Of a stretch of DNA of 64,000 nucleotides, positions 53,586 to 64,000 are shown one piece after another. Position numbers and translations under genes: made by a program. The first letter of the stretch is position 1. Each line of letters starts with the position of its first letter. A model generated the notes under the pieces. The model searched no databases. It was given only the letters and a program-made list of their open reading frames with translations, and was not told the origin of the DNA. Source of the DNA: Octopus vulgaris (Eukaryota); contig OX597831.1 of the NCBI GenBank assembly GCA_951406725.2, forward strand, positions 48,422,001-48,486,000, in the 5' to 3' direction.

Positions 53586-55762
53586 CTGTATGTATGTATA
53601 CAGAATAAGCTTCTGCACAGTTTCCATCTTCACTTCCATATTATTGGTTGATCTGAGACGATTGTGGAAAGCTCTAGATATCAAGATTTTGTGCAGTAAG
53701 ATTGAACCCAGAATGAATTGATTCTGAGATACAATCTTCTTAATGACACTGCAAGGCCTGCACCTGTAAGTGGAGTAGATTATGTACAATATAGAATATA
53801 GCTAAACACCTAATACTGTCAATGATAGGAGAGGCATTGGTGCAGAGGTAATTAGCTGGTGATGTAAAGAGGTTTAGAACCAATAGTATGTTTAAACATA
53901 AAGAGCTATTATTGTAGGATGCTGACATTTACTGATGCAATGCAGATTGTCAGCCATAGGGGAGATATACTTAATGACGGCATTACTAATAATAAGAGAT
54001 GTTACTGTGTAATAGTATCAGTAAGTGGTGCATTAGAAGAATTCTAGAAATGATGAATAGATATAATTGATGTTGCTTCATCTCACATTTTCTTGTTACT
54101 ATTGTAATAATTACGACAGATTATATTTCCTTATTCCTGATAGTATAGGAATTTTCTCAGAAACTTTTTTTTTTTTATTAAAGTAGAAACCCCCACAATA
54201 TTATCCACCATCTTTCCAACAATAATTTCGGCCAGCTTTTTGAATTCAGTATACATCACCACCTGCAGACATGTTTATAAAATATTTTAGATGCGAAAAA
54301 AAAAAAAAGAAAGAAAGAAAGAAAGAAAGAAAAGAAAGGGAAAAAGGAAAAGAACACATGATATTTTTAGAAACATTTTCTCACACTTAGAATTACCAAA
54401 GCATTGAATAAACTATAACCCACCTACATCAGTTGTTAGTTGTCAGAACATTGCAACCTTCAAGAAAATACGTGCTTCCTGAAATTCATCGACCTTTTTC
54501 CTAGCATGATTATGCATCCTTTCTGCATTGTTTCTTTTTAACCCTTTTCTGACTTCCTGTGTTTTCTATCCTGCATACTATGCATGTAATTGTGGATATC
54601 ATTTCCCTTTTTCTTCACTTGACTTATTGCTACTTTCTGCCCCCTTTCATACCTTTTATGATGAGTTGCAGTGCACCTGAATACTGTATATAATAAGCTC
54701 ACCATTGTATATTTATTTCTTTATTGCCCACAGGAGTCTAAACTTAAAGGGGACAAACAAGGACAAACAAAAGGGTTAAATCGATTACATCAACTCCAGT
54801 GCATAACTGGTACGTATTTCATCGACTCCCAATATATTCATATATACATATATACGACAGGTTTCTTTCAGTTTCTGTCTACCAAATCCACTCACAAGGC
54901 TTTGGTTGGCCCGAGGCTATAGTAGAAGACACTTGCCCAAGGTGCCACGCAGTGGGACTGAACCCGAAACCATGTGGTTCATAAGCAAGCTACTCCTTAT
55001 GGATTCAAAAACTGAGTTGGTGATTTTGACTTATGAGGTAACAAAAGATTCAGTAATCTTTCAGCTACCAAATAAAGTATGTTTTTTGCACAATTCTTTT
55101 TTACCACAAAAATAACCTTGAAAATAACGTCAAGTCACACAATTTTGAGGACTTTAGCTAACGATCTTAAATTACATGGAGTTTTACCAAGGAATGAAAC
55201 TTCAACGATATACCCTCAACTTTATTAGTATTGTTTAGTAGATAATCTTTTAATGTGAAGTATGTTTGTCTGTATTTTGTTTAGCCCAGAGTTGCCCATC
55301 ATATAGTTTTTTTTCTTCCTGACATACTGTAATTGTTCCAGTATCAGATGAAATGCATTTGCAATATTTCTTCCAGGTGTGTACATACTGATTTCGCATC
55401 CCACTGAGGACATGTTTGACTTCATTTTTTCAGGTCAATAAAATGAAAAATCAGCACAGTACTGTAGTTCATTGCCTGAACTTAACCCCTTCCCTCAAAA
55501 ATTAATGGATTTATGCTTAAAACAAAAGCTGTCATTACTATTATTATTAATAGTCCTGTTATCAGACACTTTCAACATATATTTTAATAAAAATGGAAAT
55601 GAAAGGTTACAAGTATGTGTATGTATGTGTATATCTGTGTGTGTGTGTGTGTGTACATATATACATGCATATATATTTGCATGTGTAAATACGTATGTAA
55701 AAACACGCATGCATATATGTATGTAATGTATGTACATGTATGTGTGTGTATACAATTATATA

Positions 55763-55802
<40 letters not shown>

Positions 55803-55957
55803 GGTACCCCTATATGTATATGTTTATATATTACATTCTCCAAGTTGATACCAAGGACAAGGACAAAGCCTTGGCTAATATTAACAGACAAATGAGCCTC
55901 AAATCAATGCGCTGCCATCTTAAATGGAGATGCATTAAACATTGTAGTCTGTCATAT

Positions 55958-56375
55958 TCAAGAGTAGATGGTCATGGTAGGAACTCCTTTGATCAAAGGT
56001 ACTTTTGACTAGAGCTAACCAGGAGTCTGTTAAGCATTAACAACAACAACAGCAGCAATAAGAGGAACTCAAGAGTAGATGGTCATGGTAGGAACACCTT
56101 TGATCAAAGGTACTTTTGATTAGGGCTAACCTGGAGTCTGTTAAGCATTAACAACAACAGCAATAAGAGGTTCTCAAGAGTAGATGGCCATGGTAGGAAC
56201 ACCTTTGATCAAAGGTACTTTTGATTAGGGCTAACCTGGAGTCTGTTAAACATTAACAACAACAACAACAACAGCAATAAGAGGAACTCAAGAGTAGATG
56301 GTCATGGTAGGAACACCTTTGATCAAAGGTACTTTTGATTAGGGCTAACCTGGAGTCTGTTAAGCATTAACAACA
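55958..56375 (+). repeat. Tandem array of ~105-114-bp units x~4
   Basis: Units start at 55958, 56069, 56174 and 56288; each ends in a variable (CAA)n and contains the palindrome (a)cctttgatcaaagg(t). Confidence 0.9.
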
Positions 56376-56689
56376 TGTATGTATGTATACAGAACAACAA
56401 CAAGAGGAACAAAATTGAAATATATTAAAGGAAATGTAATGTTATTTGATGATACATTTTACAGTTGATATTCAAACATTATATTTTCATTTTATCCTCC
56501 AGCCTCTATCTCTTTCCCTTTTCCTTTCTCTCTCTCCCCCTTTTAACCAATAAAATATGTTCTTCAGCTAAGTGCAGCCATATTGAATACTGGCTCAATT
56601 ATTCAAGCTCTGTTGACAGAAATATCAACACGTTTTCAAGTTGGATTTCATTCATACACCTACATAGTCATTTCACTATACCTATCTCC

Positions 56690-56769
<80 letters not shown>

Positions 56770-57113
56770 CATCTTATGTATTTGGCTTTCTCCAACCATT
56801 TTCTATATTATTTCCTCCTTTTATCTTTCTCTCTCTTTCTATATGTTCTATTTTCCTTTTGTCATTCCCTTTCCAAATCTGGTATTTTTTTTATCTCTTA
56901 TCTTTCACTTGCACTGTTAACTTCCAATTTCAGAAAAAATGGCGCACAAAGCTGGACAAGACGTGTCTTATTAAATGTCTGAAGTATTTGAGGCCAATTA
57001 TCATTAATACCATGATACCAATATATATATACATACATACATACACACATATATGTGTGTATGCATATATGAATTCATAAGAAAAAAAAACATATATATA
57101 TATATATATATAT

Positions 57114-58207
57114 ATTCAAGAACTGAACTTTTCGGATCATGTCCATACGTGGCTAAATATTTGTTACGTTTTTGGTCACCCCACCCCCGAGATTACAGAC
57201 AGGACTTGCCTTCTATATTGTATCCATGTACAAGCTTTTTATCTCTCTATGCTTTTTACTTATATTTCTTATATATTTTATATATTTTTACTTATTTATA
57301 GAGATATTGTTTCCTAGTTTCATTACTTATATATTTTTTACACGTAATTTTTCTCTATTCTACCTTCCACCCCGCATTTTTCCTGTGTTTATATAGATGT
57401 GTATATGGAATTTTTGTCCGCGTGTGTGGATGTATGCATGTGCGCAGGTATGTGTGTATATAGACGTGTGTGCATGCATGCAAGTACGTACGTATATAGA
57501 CGTGGTTTACTCTTATTGCTTACTTTTTACACTTTTTACACATTTTTCTGTATTTTGCCTTTAGCCCTGTTTTTTTCTTGTGCATGTGTGTGTATGTGTA
57601 CATATATAGACATGTGCGGGTATGTGTGTATATTAGACATGTGTGTGCATGCATGCAAGTACGTACGTATATAGACGTGGTTTACTTTTATTGCTTACTT
57701 TTTACACTTTTTTACACATTTTTCTGTATTTTGCCTTTAGCACTATTATTTTCTCGTGCATGTGCATATATAGACATGTGTATGAGCCTTTATTGTGTGT
57801 GTGAGTGCGACCGTGTTTATGGGTATGTATATATATTAAATGGCGAATGCGTGGGTGAGCATGTGTGTGTTTCAAGGGAGGGATGGATGAGTGTATACTT
57901 TTAGGCGCATGTATGTAGTGTGCGGGAGCACACGTGTATGTATGGACATGCTCACTTACGCAGTTACCATGAACATTTTTACTCCCTTACCTTTACTCCC
58001 TCCCCTTACTTGGCAGTCATTCTAATAGCTCTTTTGTCTTAATAACGGTCAATCACACAGTAATTTCTCTTTGTTTAAAGGTCAGTTTCATAGTGTTTTT
58101 TGATGGCCCGATAACTAAAGAGATGCCGGCATGGGTTTCCACCCTAACATCTGAAACTCAGAGTTTTATCATGGCTACCGAATAATTGTTACATATTATA
58201 TTTACAG
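57114..58207 (+). mobile_element. 3' end of a second Penelope-like element (last codons of GIY-YIG ORF, 3' UTR, hammerhead)
   Basis: 'SRTELFGSCPYVAKYLL' matches the PLE C-terminal (N)xRxE...CxH..K.LL motif; internal ~176-bp tandem duplication (~57450-57785); HHR at 58110-58170; microsatellites on both sides. Confidence 0.65.
58110..58170 (+). ncRNA. Type I hammerhead with core mutation (CUAAAGA)
   Basis: GAUAA-CUAAAGA-GAUG(...)CAUC-U-GAA-AC(UCAGA)GU-U-UUAUC; 5-bp stem I. Confidence 0.6.
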
Positions 58208-58232
58208 ATATATCTATCTATCTATCTATCTA

Positions 58233-58272
<40 letters not shown>

Positions 58273-58556
58273 TATATATGTTATTCATATATATATCATA
58301 TATATATACATATATATACTGCTTAATAATGTCAGTGGAAAGCGGAATATAGCTCACTTGGAGCACTATAACTCCAACCTGTAGTTTATATATTTGTGGG
58401 TATTGTTAACACTAGCAATCTCAAAATAAAGCAGTGTATCTCATATATATATATAAAATGTGCCGTCCAACCCATGCTAGCATGGAGAACGGACGTTAAA
58501 CGATGATGATGATGATGATGATGATATATATTTATTACTTATCTTTCTATAGTATA

Positions 58557-58684
58557 TTTTAAATCTTCAGTTATCTGGAGAATTTGCAGGTTCAAATAAT
58601 CTTTCATCATTATTATCCTCTTCCTCCTCCTCCTCATCATCATCATCATCCTCCTCCTCATCCTCATCATCCTCATCATCATCC

Positions 58685-58741
<57 letters not shown>

Positions 58742-58917
58742 CCATCATCTTAATCTTCAGCATCATCTTAATCTTCATTTATCATCCCTTTTTCCATGCT
58801 AACTTCTGTGTGCTTCCTTTTGTGATGGCAGGTCCTTATGTTCTTTGAAGACCTCCACATCAAGATCTCACAAATCTCTGAGACTGTTTGGCAGAATTTT
58901 GAATAGTTGTGGATCCT
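58557..58917. repeat. Local duplicate of 60444-60743
   Basis: Near-identical unique sequence on both sides of a (CAT)n tract that differs in length. Confidence 0.9.
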
Positions 58918-58972
58918 CGAATTAATATTATATATATATATATATATATAGAATGGTTGTATACTGTGTGAA

Positions 58973-59305
58973 GGCGCATGGCTCAGTGGTTAGAGCGTCG
59001 AGCTTACGATCGTGAGGTTGTGAGCTCGAATCCCGGACCGGGCTGCGTGTTGTGTTCTTGAGCAAGGCACTTTATTTCACGTTGCTCCAGTTCACTCAGC
59101 TGTAGAAATGAGTTGCGACGTCACTGGTGCCAAGCTGTATCGACCTTTGTCTTTCCCTTGGATAACACTGGTGGCGTGGAGAGGGGAGGCTGGTATGCAT
59201 GGGCGACTGCTGGTCTTCCATAAACAACCTTGCCCGGACTTGTGTCTAGGAGGGTAACTTTCTAGGTGCAATCCCATGGTCATTCATGACCGAAGGGGGT
59301 CTTTA
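58973..59305 (+). mobile_element. Young tRNA-derived SINE (third family)
   Basis: A box tggctcagtgg, B-box-like gctcgaatcc, core 'tgtgttcttgagcaaggcactttatttcac'; CpGs retained; older, deleted inverted copy at ~60000-60270. Confidence 0.85.
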
Positions 59306-59374
59306 CTTGTATACTGTCAATCTATTGCCCCACCACCGTACATGTCTCTACGAGAGATTTAGAAATTTAGTATT

Positions 59375-59419
<45 letters not shown>

Positions 59420-60531
59420 CATATTATATATATGTGTGTGTCTGTGTCTGTGTGTCCATACAGGAATATGTGTGCATGTCTTTGTGCCTGTTCTCTCGCT
59501 ACTTCAGAATTTGTGTGTTTTTTTTTCTTTTTGTTCATCAAAAGTGATGAATTAAAAAGCAGACATAAGTTCTGCTGTCAATTTATTTGACTTAACTCCT
59601 GACTGAGACAAATAAAAGAACAAAAAAGATAAAAGGACATAAACATTCAAACACTTGTGATGACGGTGACGATGATGATGATGACGATGATGATTATGAA
59701 GAAGAAGATGATGACGATGACGATGACGACAACGATGATCATAATATTGATGGCACTCATTTCATTGTGTTCAATGTCAGATGTATCACTCTTCCCATTT
59801 CTGCCTTTGGATTCTAATTTGTCAGCAAATGTGCCTGTATTTTGTTCTGTTTGGGACTTAGCTATGATTTTTAAAAGGTTCTTGTTGTTCATCGTCCCAT
59901 GGGCCATTTCTCAAAAGAGGACTTGGCCAACCAATAGCTAACTCTCAATATTACAAGCAGTGTTAAGTATTCTGCAGTTGTCTTCCTGACCATGCGGAGA
60001 CCCCCTTCAGTCATGAATGATAAGGAGATTGCACCTAGAAAGTTACCTCCCAAGACACAAGTCCGAGCAAGGTTATTTCTGGAAGACCAGCAGTCGCCCA
60101 CACATACCAGCCTCCACTCTCCACGCCATCAATGTTATCCAGTGAACTGGAGCAACATGAAATAAAGTGTCTTGCTCAAGAGCATAACATGCAGCCTGGT
60201 CCAGGATTGAAACTCACAACCTCACGATCGTAAGATGGATACTCTAACCACTGAACCATGCACCTTCACATGATCTTTCTAACCATAGAACTGCTTTTTG
60301 GATTACCTTCTGCATCCAGCTGGAATTGAAGGCCATCTAGATCATACACCTGTAGCAGCCATTGAGGGACTTGACTACAGGCTCATAGAGGGTCCATGCT
60401 TCATTGCCACAAATGTGGATTGTCTTGATTGCTGCTGTGAGGATTTTAAATCTTCAGTTATCTGGAGAATTTGCAGGTTCAAATAATCTTTCATAATTAT
60501 TATCCTCTTCCTCCTCCTCCTCCTCTTCATC

Positions 60532-60563
<32 letters not shown>

Positions 60564-60609
60564 CATCACCATCATCTTAATCCTCATCATCATCTTAATC
60601 TTCATTTAT

Positions 60610-60995
60610 CATCCCTTTTTCCATGTTAACTTCTGTGTGCTTCCTTTTGTGATGGCAGGTCCTTATGTTCTTTGAAGACCTCCACATCAAGATCTCACAA
60701 ATCTCTGAGACTGTTTGGCAGAATTTTGAATAGTTGTGGATCCTTGAAAGCCAAGCTATTACTGTACTGGATTCTTATTCTAGACAGAGAAAACAGGATC
60801 TTTGGTATTATGCAGTGCTGTCCAGTTTGGCAGTTAATATAGCTTTCAACTCCAAAGTTGGAAGCTTGATCTTCCAGAATCTTCCATATGTATATGAATG
60901 CATATATTTCATGCCTTCTCTCTAAGGAGTAAGACTTCAGTTCCTTTAGACTCTCACAAAAGCTCATCTGTTACACTGGTTCAATCTTCTTGACC
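60610..60995 (-). pseudogene. 3' fragment of a CR1/L2-group LINE RT
   Basis: 'LKELKSYSLERRHEIYAFIYIWKILE...PQLFKILPNSLRDL' matches the C-terminal LxLxSLERRR / LFNxLP motifs. Confidence 0.7.
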
Positions 60996-61589
60996 AATTT
61001 AATTAAACTTTTAAAACTAATGACTTTATAAGTAGCATTTCTATGGGCACTTATAGAGAATACCCATTCACTATTAAAATATAAAACACCAGACTGAAAC
61101 TATAATTATCAATCCCTCCGGAGGGTTTCTGCGTTTTGGAGGAGATTTTTTGGTGCAGGTGACAAAAATATTGTATGTTCAAAGATGGTATTTACGTCTC
61201 TATATTTAAAGTATTTACAAAAATACCATTTCTGTAGATGTATCCTGAGATGATGTGGTTGAGGAGAATGATGATATTGATGATCATCGTCATGATAATA
61301 GTGGTGGTGGTGGTGGTGGTGGTGGTGGGGATGATGGTGGTGGTGGTGGTGGTGGTGGTGGTGTTGGTGGTGGTGGTTGTTGTAACCAACACCACCCTCG
61401 TTATCATCTCGTATATCCTGTTTTGCATTAGGGAGAGCATCCAGCTGTAGAAAGCATGCCAAAACTGAGACACGCTAGAGCAAAGTGAAGTCCTCTCATC
61501 TCTTGGATTGCTTTGCACTCACCAAGTCTCTAAACCTGTACGGGAAGCAGACATCAAATGATGAGAATGAGGAGGAGAAGGAGAATATA

Positions 61590-61616
61590 TATATATATAT
61601 TAAATATTATATATAT

Positions 61617-61675
<59 letters not shown>

Positions 61676-61706
61676 ATATATATATATATATATATATATG
61701 TATATG

Positions 61707-61774
<68 letters not shown>

Positions 61775-61815
61775 CACACACATATATGTATGCATATATG
61801 CACATATATTATATA

Positions 61816-61855
<40 letters not shown>

Positions 61856-61875
61856 ACACCCACACACATATATAC

Positions 61876-61926
<51 letters not shown>

Positions 61927-62437
61927 CGCATGTGTGTTATTAAAATAACAAGTCAAGCAAAAAAGTATTTTGTTTATTTCAAGAACACCTCTCAGGAACT
62001 GAGTAGCAAAAATAGTGATGGTCCTAACATAGCTGTAGGCGGAAGAAATTGTGTCAGTGCTTAGTGATGATGATGATGATGATGATGATGGCGGTGGTGA
62101 TGGTGGTGAGTATGGTCACCGCCATCACCACCCTTACCATCATCGTCATCATCACCATCTTAGAATATATCTATTGATTTGTTAGTCGGTACCGTCTATA
62201 AAGACAAATGTAAACAATGTGTCTATAAATACATACACACACACACACACACACATATAGATATACACATATACACGAGTGTGTGCATGCATATAAGTGC
62301 AAGTACATACATGTGTGTGTCTGTGTGTGTGTATGTATATATATATATATATGCATATATATGTATATGCATTATCTATATGTGTGTGTGTATGTATTTA
62401 TGTATATATATATATATGCATATATATATATATATAT

Positions 62438-62482
<45 letters not shown>

Positions 62483-62545
62483 GTATATATATGTGTGTAT
62501 ATATTTGTATGTGTGTATATACATACATATATAAGCATATATATA

Positions 62546-62605
<60 letters not shown>

Positions 62606-62640
62606 CATATTTATTTATTTGTGTGTATATATATATATAT
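61590..62640. repeat. Extensive (TA)n/(TG)n microsatellite field
   Basis: Directly visible. Confidence 0.9.
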
Positions 62641-63408
62641 TGATGACTATTTAATGGATTTATAATTATATTGCAATCCCTGTGGACATTATTTATATTT
62701 AAAAATTCTTTTACTTATTTTTTTTTTCCAAAGTAACAACAGAATTATCACTATGTAATCAAGATATTAATAATCAAATATATTTAACTCTACTTCCTCA
62801 AGCATTGAGTACTTTATTCAGTATATGAAAACCTTGTCTATACAAACACACCCACATGCATGTGAGTGTGCATGTGTGTCCATCTCTATGTACATGTATG
62901 TGTGCGTGTGTGTGGGTGTGTGTTAAATATTAAATAATATTGAATTTTCTCCTAAAAAGATATAGAAATTGCTATATAATGAATATATTAATGGAGCTTT
63001 TTTTTTTTAAGAAATAAAATAATGAGTAAGAATCATACAAAAGTTACTTATTTTATTTCTCTTTTGACAGGTGATAATATGGATATATATTTAATATCAG
63101 ATACATTTCCCCTTTAGCATTGCTATTGTTTTCATTACTATTTCTAGAATTTTCTTTATAATCTCCAGATTATTAATGATGCCAGAGTTTAAATAATCTA
63201 TTATTTTACTATACAGAATAATTTTTAATAAGGTATGGTTTCCCAGGCAATGATTTAAGACTGAGGATGTTAACATTTTTTACATGTATACATAGAAAGA
63301 CACATACATGCATACAAACAATATTATTTATGTACATATATGTATACATATATGCATGCATACTTCATCTGTATATATATTTGATATATACATATGTATA
63401 TATATGTG

Positions 63409-63455
<47 letters not shown>

Positions 63456-63457
<2 letters not shown>

Positions 63458-63500
63458 TTATTTTATAGAAGGAGCTTGAAGCTCCTTCTATAAAATAAAT
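63456..63500. repeat. Perfect 22-bp-arm hairpin heading a ~120-bp island in (TA)n
   Basis: atttattttatagaaggagctt-g-aagctccttctataaaataaat. Confidence 0.85.
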
Positions 63501-63575
63501 TAAAATAAATTAATTTACTCTGCTATGTATTGAGTACCTTATTTACTGTGGTTAACCCCGACTCAACCCGGGACC

Positions 63576-63629
<54 letters not shown>

Positions 63630-63676
63630 CATACATACATACATACATACATACATACATACATACATACATACAT

Positions 63677-63727
<51 letters not shown>

Positions 63728-64000
63728 TACATATCATCATCATCATAGTTTACCGTCCACTTTCCATGCTAGCATGGGTTGGACGATTTGACTGAGGACT
63801 GGCGAACCAGATGGCTGCACCCGGCTCCAGTCTTAATCTGGCAGTGTTTCTACAGCAGGATGCCCTTCCTAATGTCAACCAGTCTGTGAGTGTAGTGGGT
63901 GTTTTTACGGGCCACCAACACGAGGGCCAGTCAGGCGGTACTGGCAACGGCCATGCTCAAATGGTGTTTTTTTATGTGCCACCTGCAAAGGACCCAGTCC

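Noticed and set aside
55958-56375. Palindrome-containing array as CRISPR
   Set aside because: Whole units are near identical, with no unique spacers.
58973-59045. tRNA gene (also heads at 13024 and ~33330-33400)
   Set aside because: No proper acceptor stem or terminator; each continues into a SINE body.

Overview
AT-rich, microsatellite-saturated animal genomic DNA. The repeat families and composition resemble an octopod cephalopod genome (inferred by recognition, not by search). No host protein-coding exon is recognisable, and almost all listed ORFs are microsatellite artefacts. The window is a graveyard of mobile elements: several tRNA-derived SINE families, RTE, CR1-like and Dong/R4-like LINE remnants, two hAT remnants, a Tc1/mariner, a piggyBac-like MITE and Helitron-like elements. 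The only long intact ORF (15193-16743) belongs to a 5'-truncated Penelope-like element (RT C-terminus plus GIY-YIG) with an inverted pseudo-LTR and a type I hammerhead ribozyme (HHR). The hidden signal is about a dozen intact or decayed minimal type I HHRs in unrelated short elements, usually with an inverted 5' arm and often sitting in (TA)n/(TAA)n tracts. Two stand out: (i) a TSD-bounded element joining a tRNA-derived Pol III head to an HHR tail, a candidate Penelope-mobilised ribozyme SINE (12956-13361); (ii) a terminally redundant ~351-nt unit with an HHR at the tip of a long hairpin, retrozyme/circular-RNA-like (8829-9336). Coordinates were counted by eye, and boundaries of decayed repeats are approximate.
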